From NCBI GenBank assembly GCA_032718475.1, contig JAUCBJ010005690.1, forward strand, positions 1-56,921: DNA of 56,921 nucleotides, in the 5' to 3' direction. This document shows positions 42,648-55,262 of the stretch, piece after piece (the first letter of the stretch is position 1; every line of letters begins with the position of its first letter). The translations under genes were made by a program, and so were the position numbers. Under the pieces are notes generated by a model. That model saw only the letters and a list, made by a program, of their open reading frames with translations. It was not told the origin of the DNA and did not search any database. Source of the stretch: Nemertoderma westbladi (lineage: Eukaryota; Animalia; Xenacoelomorpha).

Positions 42648-45146
42648 CTAGTTCGCTCCTCCCGTCTTCGGGAACCATCTTAGGTCTTTCCCTCTAGCAT
42701 CCTCCTGTCTGGGCCGCTTCCTTCCCTCTGGTTTGTCCTCTCTGAGACTCCTCATTCTCGCCGTTACCACCTTGCTAATTCCTGTGGTCGATTCTTCGGG
42801 TGCTGGTGTTATTAACTCCCGGTAACGCTTTGCAGGTGGCCCTTCCGAATGCCCCTCCTGCTTCCCCCTGGTAGCGTCCCACAAGATCATTTTCATGGTT
42901 TGCGGCACGTGTTCCACCTGAAAGTCCCTAAACTCTCCTCTGTTTTCTGGCGTCCATCTATCCAAATACCTCTGCGTGTTGATGACTCCTCCATACGACG
43001 CCGCTGTAGCTACCTCTTGGTATGTAAATGGCAGTCTCCTCTTGATAATCTCCAGATGGGCTTCCTGATTGATGTTGAAGAAACCCCACCGGAACTCCTG
43101 GGCCTTCATCCTCTGTTGCGTCATAATGCTGATGTCGGCCCACTCCTCAAAGATCTTAAACTTCTCCTCGTCGTCCATCCAGTCGCACTGGCACCCATAG
43201 TGCCCTCGGGAGTTACACTTAGAGCAGCGGTTGTGCAGCCTCGGACATGCTCCCATCCCATGGCTCGACTCATGGCAGTAGAGACAACTCGTCCCCTTCT
43301 GAAATCGATACAAACAGCTCTTTTCCTGGTGAGTCAGCCTCCCGCAGTAATCACAGCCGTGTATTAACGCATCCCGCCCCAAGTCGTCTTTTGCCCCGAG
43401 CGGTCTCCTAGGTCTGTGGAGCCGTTGGTAGGCAAATAACATCTCTTTCCATATCCACGTTCTCCTCCCGTCTTGGCATCGTCTCTCCAAACACTACCCG
43501 TGGTGCCATTCCCGGTTGCTCACCCAACCTGATGATGCTCCCCGCAAAGTCCATCGCCGGCTCCTCGTGCACCCAGGTCTGCTTGCCGGGCTTATCCCAG
43601 AAGGCCCTCGCCCCGCTGGCCGTCACCACTCTCCCGCCCACCCTGTCCGTATCTAAGTGGCCGAACTCATCTTCATCCTCTTCCCTCGCTGGGAGTGGAT
43701 CCAGACCCGGTAGACCCACTATGCCACTTTCTGGCTTGGCTTCTACCCGTAACTTCCCATCCTTCCTGTTCCCTCGGTCTCTTTCTTACGGAATCGCCCT
43801 CAGAGCCCACTGGCATGGGCATCGCTTGCAATCCCAATGTCGACTGTTTCGGCGATTCTTCCGTCCATCCTAGCTCCTCTCCCAGAAACTCGCCCGAGCT
43901 CCCTGATCTCCACCTCAGCTCGTCCAAGTTCTGGGCCTCGAACCCGTAATCCTCTCCCCTAACCTCCGCATCTCTCTCATCTGCCTCCCTCCTTTCTCGC
44001 CTGGCGACTTCCTCCATTCGCTTCTCCTCAAGTCTATCCGCTTCCAGCTTATCCCATCCCTTGTATGGTGTATCCACCTCCCTGTCTACTAGGTGCTGGC
44101 TGTTGTAGTATACCGACTCGCCCTTCAGCCCTGGGTGGTCTACCAGACCTTTGAAGGAAACCTTAAAGGCTCTTCTGTAGTTTAGCGGTGATCCTGATAG
44201 CAGAAACGCCATCGGCTCTCTTCCAATAACCACGGCCATGAATAGGTTTAGTAAACCTATCATTATCCAATCCTCCTGACATGTCTCTTCTGATATATCT
44301 TTATCATTCCTCTCCGGAACTGATACACCTCCTGTTTCCTTGGCCTCGCTCCCCACTTCAGCGAGTTCGCCAGCTCCGCTAATTACTCCTCCCGGAACTT
44401 ACCCCAGTCCATCGGCTTGTGGCAGACGAGCCCCATGAGTTGACCCATCACCACTGCTCTGCAATGTCCTGTGTTCTCTACCAATCCCAACCCGTCTGGC
44501 CCTGTCATGGCCATATAGACCGCTTGCATGTCCAGGAGGTTGGCGGTCTCCGGTCCGACGATCCTCTCCGCATCGTTGCGGATCGCTGATCCCACCTTCA
44601 CCATTGTCTTCTCTCTTACTAGGTCTTGCACTGCCCTTGGCAACCGGTTTAACTTCGGCCTGCTCTTCTTGCCGTACATTCCTAGATCGAATAGGAATAT
44701 GTCTCCATTTGGCGCAGACAAATGCATAGTATGGTTCTAGCCGATCCTGCCGACCCTCTTCTTGAACCCTCTTCGTCCTCCACAGTCCCTTTGTCGTCTA
44801 GGACCATGTATCCTCCCCTGTTCACAGACTCTACAAACCTCCTCCAGTCCTTTCTCGGTGGTTCTATCGGATACTTCGGTATCCCGAACTTTGCTTCGTC
44901 TCCTTTCACTATGTAGCAAAAATGCTTGAGGATTGCATTGTCCAGCGACGGTGTCCCATAGGTCCCGACCAGTCGTCTCTCGTGCATCTCCCTTAAGTGG
45001 TCCTGCAGTGCTCGCGCTTTGTGACCCTTCGCTAGCGGCTCGTAGTATCCCCTTGTCTTCTCCTCCGGATGCCTTTGCGTGAAGTCCACTAGTATCTCCT
45101 TTCCACTCCTCTCCGTCTTTCTCTTCTTAACAAGTCTCTCCGCCAT
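42648..45146 (-). pseudogene. Extra ORF of the LTR element: DEDDy-like 3'-5' exonuclease domain plus three CCHC zinc knuckles (frameshifted)
   Basis: HLSAPNGDIFLFDL...LPRAVQDLVREKTMVKVGSAIRNDAE...NLLDMQ resembles the WRN/RNase D exonuclease core; QKR.CQEDW resembles ExoIII. Knuckles: CDYCGRLTHQEKSC, CLYCHESSHGMGAC, CSKCNSRGHYGCQC. Confidence 0.65.
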
Positions 45147-45674
45147 TACGAACTTCCTCGCTCGCTCACCTGCTTGCTGGTGCCTTGCCAAGGCTCAAGT
45201 AGATGAGTGACGTTTAGTAGGATGGTCTGTACTGGTTAAGTAATGGCCTATCTCTCTCAAATGCTAAATTTGTAGTATATTTTTACCTATACGCCCCGCA
45301 AAGTGCCAATTTCCTAAATTTCCTAAATCTGTCAGTTACTTTTATTATGTTCTAGAATCTTTTACTTACTGTTACGATAATTTGTCAGATTTACTTCTAA
45401 TACTATTTTATTTTATTTTTTTGTTAGTATGCTATTATCGCTTATGGTGGGTTATTTTATTTAGATAACCCATATGGTTTGTATACAGGGTAGACTAGCT
45501 ATTCTCTACTGTGCTAGTCCGTCCAGGTAGCCTCCTGGCCCTGTATCAAACATCCTAACTTACTCTATGGGCCATGCAGTACAGTAGTCTGTCTCATGCG
45601 GCCTACATGGTCTATCCTGCTGTACCCACGTGCCCCCCTCTCTATTTCGTGGCGCTCTCTATGCCCACAACCTC

Positions 45675-46335
45675 TACGGTACTACATACCCTGCTACTGC
45701 TACTCTTATGATACATCTATATACCATATTCTTTACTCTCTTACTACTAACTCTTACCAACTCTACTAACTCTATCGGTACTACATACCCTGCTACTACT
45801 CTCATGGTATGATTATATGCCACACTCCCTATACTTCTAACTCCTACCAGCGGTACTATGTACCCTGCCACTACTCTCGTGGTATGCCAAGATACCACAC
45901 TCCCTATACTTTTAACTTCTACCAGCGGTACTATGTACCCTGCCACTACTCTCGTGGTACGTCAATATACCACACTCCCTATACTTCTAACTTCTACCAG
46001 CGGTACTATGTACCCTGCCACTACTCTCGTGGTATGTCAATATACCACACTCCCTATACTTCTAACTTCTACCAGCGGTACTATGTACCCTGCCACTACT
46101 CTCGTGGTATGTCAATATACCACACTCCCTATACTTCTAACTACGGTACTATATACCCTACTACTCTCGTGGTACGTCAATGTACCACACTCCCTAACTT
46201 CTGCCTACGGTACTATGTACCCTACTACTCTTGTGGTACGTCAATGTACCGAACCCCCTAACTTCTGCCTACGGTACTATGTACCCTACTACTCTCGTGG
46301 TACGTCAATGTACCACACTCCCTAACGTCTGCCTA
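45675..46335. repeat. Tandem repeat (75-bp and 64-68-bp units) between pol and the extra ORF
   Basis: CGGTACTAT(G/A)TACCCT starts at 45851, 45926, 46001, 46076, 46144, 46208 and 46272. Confidence 0.93.
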
Positions 46336-46494
46336 CTTACTTAGTGTTACGCACTATCTACTACTATTACTTTGTAACTTTCTACTACCTCACTTCTTAA
46401 TTTTATTATTTTATTATTTTTTTATATTTTGTGTGGGAAGGGCGTCTCTCCCTCATTCCCAGCCCCCTCAGTCCAACATTTGGACGACTGAACT

Positions 46495-49400
46495 CTAAGG
46501 TGCCCCTTCTAATAGGCAGCACTTTCCTACAGCCCTCCTGTAGGTCTTCCTGTCCTTTGCTCCTATCTTGCCTCCTATTCTCACTTCCACCGACCGGACT
46601 CTTCCGTCCTCGTCGGGGTAAGTATCTACCACTCCCGCTAGCCTCCACTGGTTATTTATAATTGTGTCGTCAGTAACGATTACCAAGTCACTTTTCTTCA
46701 GCTCCCTAGTGGTGTTTCTCCACTTACTCCTCCTGTGTAATGTGGGAAGATATTCCTCTACCCATCTCCTCCAATACTTGACGCTTATTGCCTTGGCGAC
46801 TTTCCAACTTTGGCGGGAATGTATGTCGTCTGGGTCTACGCCCCGCATGTCGATGGTCGCCGGCCTCTCCATCAGAAAGTGTCCCGGTGTTAGCACGTCC
46901 AGTGATTCTGGGTCGTCATTCTCCGGATATAGCGGTCTGCTATTAATGATTCCCTCGCACTTGGCAAGCACCGTTCTTAGTATGTCCTCTGTGACCATGT
47001 GGGTGTTCATCAACTTCGTCATTAAACGCTTAGAACTTCCCACAAGTCTCTCTACACATCCTAAGGTATGTGGTGTGTACGGTGTCCTCCTTTCCCACTT
47101 CACTTGCCATCTCCTCATAGCCACCCTGACATCTTCTCCCTCCAGGATGTTGAAGGCCTTGGCCAACTCGTTCTCTGCTCCAACGAAGTTGGTCCCGTTA
47201 TCTGAATAAATCACCGCGATTGTTCCCCCTTTGCGGTCTCTAAATCTCTCTAAGGCATTAATAAATGCCGATGCCGTAGCGTCCTGCGCGAGTTCTATTC
47301 CTACCGCCCTCGTATTGTTGCATACGAAGATAATGCCGTGGCGTTTCTCCGTGTGTCGCATCACCTTAATCTTAATCGGCCCGAACATGTCTATGCCGCA
47401 GTGTGTGAATGGCGGGTCGTGTTGTCTCACTATGTTGGCCGGTAATGGCGCCATCTCCTGTATGGCCCTCTCCTTTCTCACCCTTCGGCAGGTCTGGCAC
47501 TGCCCCACTACCGCCTTCACCTTCTTCCTAAGTTGCGTGATCCAGAATGTTCTTCTTATCTCTGTGAGGGTCTGATTCGTGCCTCCATGTAGTATCAACT
47601 TATGCGAGTCCCAAATGATTTGGTGGACTATCGGTGATTTGTTAGGAATGATTATGGGTTTCGGTGGGATAACTAGGCTGTTGTTGTTCACCACTCTGGA
47701 ATTCATCACCAGAATCCCATCATCATTCAACTGTGGGGACAGCATGTTGAGCTCGCTGTCTCGACGAAGGTGTTGTTGCTTGCTAACTCTATCCACTTCG
47801 TCGGCGTAGTTCTTTCTCTGCTCGTACCGTATTACGGCTTTAGCCACTCCTTCCAGATCGATGTTTGGTTTCCTTTTGGCATCCTTGCCAACTCCCCTAA
47901 GGAAATCCCCGTAGACCTTCCAATACACTACCAACTTCTTGGTCTTATACCAGCTGGAGCTGTAACTGAGCAACCTATCTGTCGGGTTGTCGCATGGTTC
48001 TTCTAATTTCGGTGGCACCTCCTTGATCTCCCTCACTATCTGGCTGTATATCTCTTCCCCTTCTGAATCTTCCCCCTCTTCTTCTGGTACTACTTCCTCT
48101 GAGCCCTGGTCCACCTTCCTCATTGGTGGCCAGGCTGATCTATCGCTCAGGAAGTGTGGCCCGTGCTGCCACAACACTTCCTTCTTCGAGAAAGTGTGGC
48201 ATGCCACGCCCCTCGATAACAAATCTGCTGGGTTGTCGTCGGTAGGGCAGTAATGCCACCTATCTAGGTCGGTCATCGCCCTTATCTCGTCTACCCTATT
48301 CGCGACGAATATAGGGTATCTCGTCTTCTCATTATGCAGCCACCCTAGCACTACCATGGAGTCCGTCCAGTAGTGTGTCTCCACTATGTTGGGTATAGTG
48401 TCCATCAAGTAGGCTGTGGCCCTTACTCCTAACCTCGCAGCTGTCAACTCGAGTTTCGGGACTGACCCTGATTCTGGTGGCATCGACTTCGCTTTACTAA
48501 ATGCAAGTCTGGGCTTATGAACCCCCTTTCGCTGTACCAGATAAAGTGCCGCTCCATACGCTTCTAAAGATGCATCAGAAAACATATGTAGATCCAGGTC
48601 CGTCATGTCCCCGTCCGGGAAATACACGCGTGGCATGCTGTACATCCCCATCTGTTCTAGACTTCCCGTCCACTTACTCCACTGTTTGCTTATTTCTTCC
48701 GGGACCTCCGTATCCCACTCGTCCTTCAACTTGTATACTTTCTTTAGTATCTGCTTCCCTGTGACTAACAATGGGGATGCTAGGCCTAAGGGATCGTATA
48801 TCCTTGCTATGTACAATACATAGCCTCGCTTTGTGTGGATCTCTGCGCCCTCCTGGCTTAGTTGATACTCCAACTCATCCGTCTCCCGGTTCCACACAAT
48901 CCCCAGCGCCTTCTGCTGAGACTCCACTCTCTTGTTCGCCATGTCCTGTCCCTTCGCTGTTGTGGGGTTGCCCATGGTCGACTCTGGCCGCCTGTCTTCT
49001 ATGGCTTTCATGAACTTCTCTGAGCTGGACTGGAACTTAGTCAGGTTGAATCCGGATCCCTTTACGATATCGCGAACCTCGCACCCTATATCCAGTATTT
49101 CTTCAACCGTGTTTCCAGATCCCATCCCATCGTCTATCTAGAAACCGCATCGAATCATGTCGATCGACTTGGCACTATACTCTCCCTCTTTCCCCTCTAC
49201 CGTATCTCTCACAGCCAGAGTCGTCATAAATGAGGATGACTTGGCCCCCATGTTTTGCACCACCATCTTGTACATCGGTATCGCAGACGGTTCCTCGTCA
49301 CCGTTATACCACAGGAAGCGCTGGCTGTCACTGTCCTCTTCCGTCACACAGACTTGGTTGAACATGCCTTCGATGTCGCACGTGAAGGTGTGCCTCCCAT

Positions 49401-50540
49401 TCCTAAATCTCAACAAGACCTCTATCCCCAAGTTGTAGATGTTGGGGCCCTCCAGCAGATAGTCGTTAATAGGCTCTTGCCATTCGTTTTGGCCGATGCA
49501 TCAACCACCATCCGCAGTTTACCCTTCTTTGGGTCTAAAGCCACATGAAGTGGCAGGTAGTAGGTCCAGTCCGTGTTCGGTTCGTCGACCGGTAACTCCA
49601 CGGCCCATCCCTTTTCCATGTATTTCTTTATTGTCTTATGGATCTACTCATCCTACTCGGGGCTCTGTCTGAGTGTTTGCTTCAGTTTGCAAAGCCTCTT
49701 GAGTACCATCCCTTTATTGTCAGGCAACGGTAGTTTTGGTTGGTTGTTTCCACACCATGCCTATGGTGTACCATCCCTCGTCGCACTTCATCGACTCCTT
49801 CATGCTTTCTATTGCTTGTTTATCCTCTACCGAGGTTCCGACCCCGGCCTCCTTTAATCCTTCGAAGTCCTCTCTTAACAGCCTCTTAAGCTGCTCTTTT
49901 GATCCTTCATCCTCCATCTCCCTCATGGTCCCCGCGAACATGCACCCCGATGTCTCCGACACCCTGAATGGAATCTTGGTTTTGATTGGGCCGCTAAGTG
50001 TTCATCCGAACGGTGTGAGAACTGCCATTGGATCACGCTGCCTGTCCTCTCCGAAGATTGTTCGTACTCTCTCGTGGGCCATCGGACAGTCCATCCCCAC
50101 TATGATGGATACCTTCCGGACGTCCACTTCCGGTATCGAGAAATCGATTTCATCCAGGAATCTGTATTACTCGACCTCGTTGTTAGTTGGTCGCCTGGCA
50201 TTTATGTTGATCGATTCTATTACCTGAATGGGGTCGATGGTCGCCCCATAGTCACATCCCAGTGCTATTGCTGATATCTCGCACCTTCCCGTCCTCATCT
50301 CCAGGACCTCATCCAGGATCTCCAGTTACTGCCATCCTGCTCGGCCTCGTCTGTAACTTTATCTCCTCGGCCACCCAATTCTGCACCAATGTGAAGGCTG
50401 CTCCATGGTCGACCAGCATCAACGTGGTAATTGATCGACCGCTTTCTCCCATTACCCTCACCGGTACCGCCCCGAGTAGTACCATTCCCCTTCTCTTCGC
50501 ACCTACGGTGCTTGTCGCCATCGTTTTGCCTTTGCCTTGA
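46495..50540 (-). pseudogene. BEL/Pao pol (protease, RT, RNase H, integrase); 46495-49125 is still open (876 aa)
   Basis: PR LVDHGAAFT; RT YLPLH, KLRMVVDAS, CDIEGMFNQV, F*IDD (TAG at 49138-49140 replaces the Y of YxDD); RH LHMFSDASLEAYGA, PKLEL, WTDSMVVL; IN H..H..CQTC, GIDMFGP, SDNGTNFVGA, ERLVG. Confidence 0.95.
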
Positions 50541-53500
50541 CCGAATATAATTGGTGTCTCTTTACATTGCTCAGCCTTGTGTCTGCCTGCCACACATCGA
50601 TGACAGATTCCACTTTCGTTCGCGTATTCTAGCTGATCTTGTTTGGGTAATGCTTGCCAGTACCTGCAGTTCATGGTCTGATGATTGATGAAGTGCGTTC
50701 GAAAGTAATTGGCATTTGTTTCTCGGATTATAGCCTCCCCTATATAGCACGCTCCGTATCGCACGTACATTCATACTTAGCTCTCTACTGTTCTTATTAT
50801 TTGGGTTTGGCCTACTGGGCGTGTTGGGGCTGTATTTATTTGTGTTATTATTTTGTCCCTGTCCATGCCATGGTATGGCCCTACCCCCGGCTATCTCTGA
50901 ACTAGCAGTCCTCTGCGTCGTCGCGTATGGTAGCGATTGTCTGAGCTTTGGTAATGCATTTGCCGCATTATGTTCTGGTTTCAGCCTGCTATATTCGGTC
51001 TTCCGGATCTAATCCCGTTGTTCGCGCTACCCAATCGCCTACACTATCTCTTCCAGCATGGCCTATAGTATGTGCAGTAAGGCCTACAGTATGTCCTGCA
51101 GTCTGCCTATGTCCCTCCAGACCGAAGTGTAATCTTCTCGAATATTCCAAGAAGTCCTCCCCGCGACCACCGTACTCTCGATCGGCAACTATATCCCGTC
51201 GGGAAGTTTCTCTGCAATCCCCTCTTCTGTCCTCGTCCTCGTACCGGTACATCCTGTACCCTTCTCCCGGCGTATGGTATATCTTGCCAGGCTGCATCTC
51301 TCCGGGGCGACGGCAATCTCCCGGAGTTCGACCCCACTGACTCTCTAACTCCATCTCTGCCACCGACGGTTCGCTGTCCAACCTCGCTCTCCGGTTGCTC
51401 GTAGCAACGCTTCTTCTATTCTCTTCACTTCTTCTCTCCTCAGTGTAGCACTCCCGCTAATAAGATCTCTCTTCGACCTCCCGTTTAAACTCTACTGTTC
51501 TTCTTCCATCTTCCGACTGGGCTCAACGTCACATCGCTCGCCCGCTCACAGCACCAACCTCTCTCTCTCTCTAGCCGGTTGGACGCTCCTGGGGATACTC
51601 GCAATCCCCCTACTATTCTCCGTCGTCGGGTGCCGCGGTTAACCTAACTCTCCCCGCGCATTATCCGCCGATGCTTGTGGGGCATTCTCTGCCGCCCCCC
51701 CCCCCCCCTCTCACCACTAATCTCCCGTGGTGGGGCACCCGTAGCCCCCCCCCCCCCATTCACCACCTCTTACTTCGCTACCTCCTACTTCGCTTCTACG
51801 CCCCTCTCTAGTCGATGCATTATCTCTACTGTGGCTGGGTCTACTCACCCCCGCCTCTCCCTGTGCGACTGTGTGGCCTTGCAGGCTCCCATCGGGTTGA
51901 CTCACCCCCGCTACTCCCTGCCTAACTACATGGCCTTGCAGGCTCCCATTGGGGCGACTCACCGCCGCTACTCCCTGCATAACTACATGGCCTTGCAGGC
52001 TTCCGTCGGGTTCACTCACCCCGCTACTCCCTGCACAACTATGTGGCCTTGCAGGCTCTCGCTGTCCGGACTACCTGTGTCCCCTACATTCGTTTTAATA
52101 GCACCGTTATCAATAATATTGTTATCTAAATTATTTAAATTATTTAAATTATTTTGTTCGGATTTGTGGTTATTATTTGGATTACTTTGTACATTTAAAT
52201 TAGAATTATTATTTGGATTATTTTGTGTGTCTAAATTAGTGTTATTATTTGGATTACCGGTATTTTATGCGTTTAAATTAATATTATTTGGATTATTTTG
52301 TATGTTTAAATTAGTATTATTATTATTTTGCACATTTGAATCAAAATAACTATTACTGGGTAAAACATTATTTCCTGCAATAAAGGTTTGATTAGGGTTG
52401 TCTACTACAGTACTATTAATATTAATTCTTTCTAACGTATTATTATTACCCCCCCCCCCCCCTCCCCCCCCCGTCCATACGGTTACAACAGTCCTGGGTC
52501 TGTCGTCCAGTACCTGTAAGTAGGGTATTAACAAATGTTTCCATTACTTCGGGCTCCCCATAAATACTACCCGAACCGGCCTCACTCTCAGATAATCCCA
52601 ACTGCGCCAGTTCTAATCGGCGCTTTTGCTTTGTCTGGTATTGCATAAGCCCGCTTAACCGGGTATGCATATCATCCCGCATACGCTTTCCCGTTCTCTC
52701 TCTCTCTCTGTCCTCTCGCAAACTTTGGTCGGCCAACTCTGCCTCTCTCGCAATCCTCTCAAGCCTCCTCGCCTCATGCTCCTTGCGCTCGCTCGCCTCT
52801 CTCGCCTCTCGCTCTTTACATTCCCTTAATTCCCTCTCCTCACCCTCTCTAAAGTTCCTCGCGACCCTCTCAGCCATCTCTTTACTCTCTCTCACTAACT
52901 CTCTCTCTTTCTCTAATAATGCGGTTCCCTCATCCAATTGCCTCTCCAACTCTTTCTGGTCCAACGCCATCATATCTAGTTGACACGCCAGATCTATCTC
53001 TAACACCCTAACACCTAACACCTCTAACACCAGGATGTAGCGGACTTTTCACTCACAACGGACTCCCGTCGCCTCTCCGTCCTACTAACTTTCCCCCGCT
53101 TTCTGGGGTTCTCGCTAACCGACGACACCGAATCCTCGGGGTTAATCTCGGGTTCGCCGTCGTGCGGGTCCGCCCAACCCACTAGCTTAATTCCCCTAGC
53201 ATCCACTAAGTAAGGCTACACTACATCTGGATCACCACAATTCAAACAGTTCCGTGGCGACCCCCCTCGCTCTCTCACCTGCCAGTTCTCCCTGTCCAAA
53301 TGGACTAAATAGTGGAACTGTTTATTCGACTCACCTAGCCTCTGATATAGTTTAGGCTGGTCTACCTTTCTCCCTTCTTTGGCCTCCTTAAGTAACTTCT
53401 TGGTGACGTTGTAGGCCCGTCGTAGCCGATCACTCGTCCCGACGTCCTCTTCGCCAACTCCTCCTCCTCTCCTTGTCCGGCATCGTACCAGCGGCCCCAC

Positions 53501-53773
53501 TGTCGCCGTTCTGGTGGGCCATCCATCGCCCTCGGCCTGTGGCTGGCTGGCGACTTCGGTACTCCGACCGCCGTCATGCGTCGACTCGTCTCCCTCTCGT
53601 GGTTGACGGCCGCCCTCCTCTTGGACAGCCGGATCGTCTCTCGTTGGCGAATCCAGCGTGGGAGGCCGATACCGTCTTGTCGCAGCCTCACGGATTGTTT
53701 GGTTGGTGTCGTCCGGGGTCCGCGGCGGCGTCCTCTCTCCCTCTGATAATCGGGGCGTTCCTTCTTCCGCCAT
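50541..53773 (-). pseudogene. gag-like region of the BEL/Pao element, multiply frameshifted
   Basis: ATG at 53773 just inside the 5' LTR; E/R-rich coiled coil, low-complexity tracts and a Zn knuckle (CHRCVAGRHKAEQC) upstream of the protease. Confidence 0.75.
51843..52060. repeat. 57-bp (19-codon) tandem repeat within gag, ~4 copies
   Basis: ACTCACC starts at 51843, 51900, 51957 and 52014; encodes (GSLQGHVV.QGVAGVS.P.)n on the minus strand. Confidence 0.9.
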
Positions 53774-53826
53774 CTTTCTATTTTCTCTTCGCAGTCACAG
53801 TTTATTGGCAGGTGGCAGTTAATGAC

Positions 53827-54423
53827 TGTAACGGGATCGGAGATCCCGACTGGGTTAGAAATGTACGCATCACCATTCTGCTGGGGATCGTGCTACTAGC
53901 TTTGGCCGAGGCCGTTTGGGAAAAACAGTGAAAGTTTCTGTTGTCCCCTCGATATTAATTAATATGGACAATAATAGCACGCCAGTAGATAATAAGCAGA
54001 AAATATAGATTAATTATTACCGGTATGGCGGTGGCGGTCATTACCTATGACCAGTCTGCACTGACTGAACTGAATAATACAACTGACCAGTAAACCAGTA
54101 ATGTAACATAATATATGATTTACACATTGAATATTGGTTTACCTCCTACTCTACTTTGGCCCTCTACCCAATGGATGCTTTCCCGTTCCCTATCATGTGC
54201 TTCCCTCTCCACTATTGGCTAATATACTACTTGTCACTTTGGGACTGTGGTTTGACCTCTCACCTTTCTCTGTGGCTTTGGGGCTTGTGTCCCCCCCCCC
54301 CCCCCCCCAATGTTGGTTATGATACGAGATTAATATTGGTAATCTCGTATCCCCAACATATTGCTAAAATGCCTCTAGTCCCATTTTCTGGTGGGTAATG
54401 AAGTGGAATTGAATCCGCTTACA
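53827..54423 (-). repeat. 5' LTR (597 bp)
   Basis: TGTAACGGGATCGG...GAATCCGCTTACA followed by the TSD GCCAC. Confidence 0.96.
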
Positions 54424-54428
54424 GCCAC

Positions 54429-54845
54429 GGTGAAGTAATGTATTTATAGTACGTCACGTCATTTTTAATATTAAGTCTACTTTCTACAAATTGTTTATGA
54501 TAGTAATTTTTCTCAGCTAGTTTCAATAAAGAGGTTAATTTATTTCGGTAATTTTTAAAAGCATTGAAATTCAACTCAGTCCAGTTTGAAATATATTTAG
54601 AGTAAAGGTGACCTTTTCGCTTAACTGATGTTAACGAAGGATTTTTCGGGTATCCATTTTTTCAATAGTTTTTTTCGCAAATGGAGATCGCATATTTTTT
54701 GAAGGTCGTTGTAAAATAAGTTAAATTTGTTTGAGTAGGGAGCGTGGTCTGGGTTATTATATGTCCATTAGACTGTGTCCACCACAGATTCATTGAACTT
54801 GGAGTAGTCGTGTGTAGTTTTAGAAGTTTCAGGTTTAAAATAAGT
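54429..54845 (-). pseudogene. CR1/L2-type LINE ORF2 fragment (endonuclease-RT linker), 5' piece of the LINE split by the LTR element
   Basis: Manual translation gives KTTHDYSKFNES, KKWIP and FNAFKNYRNKLTSLLKLAEKNYYHKQF; collinear with 41504-40856 across the TSD. Confidence 0.75.
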
Positions 54846-54915
54846 AAAATGTTATAGTACATTATGATAATGCTCTCCATAGCGAAAAATATCAACCGCC
54901 CCTATTGGGGCTCGA

Positions 54916-54959
54916 ACCCGGTACCTAGGTTTCAAACTTCCGGTTATCATCAGCTGAGT
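54916..54959 (-). ncRNA. Type I hammerhead ribozyme, copy 1 (weakened stem I)
   Basis: ACTCAG CTGATGA TAACCGGAAGTTT GAA ACCTAGGT A CCGGGT; stem I has an A-C mismatch and a U-G pair. Confidence 0.7.
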
Positions 54960-55262
54960 GTGTGTCCTAAGACCACTGAGCTACCAGGGCGGTAGAAGAT
55001 TTATTCGCTATGGAGTGGGGTATCATTTTTAGGCCTTTTTACGTCACTCATAGTAAAGTACAACGTTATTCCCGAGCTCTGCCAGAAATGGCAACCATGC
55101 CTCAAAGAATAACTATTATACAGTGTTGTAGAAACCACTGTAACCCCGTATGCCGGCCATGCGTGTTAATTAATTATAAATGAATTGTTGTGGGGAGGGT
55201 GACGGCGAATTAAATAAATGTTATAGTACATTATGATAATGCTCTCCATAGTGAAAAATATC

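Larger units (their letters stand above)
41510..54423 (-). mobile_element. Full-length BEL/Pao LTR retrotransposon (12,914 bp), defective
   Basis: TG...CA LTRs at 41510-42169 and 53827-54423; 5-bp TSD GCCAC (41505-41509, 54424-54428); gag-PR-RT-RH-IN order with Pao-type motifs. Confidence 0.96.

Noticed and set aside
54662-54895. 77-aa minus-strand ORF
   Set aside because: Chimeric frame across the array edge and the degraded LINE; not an independent gene.
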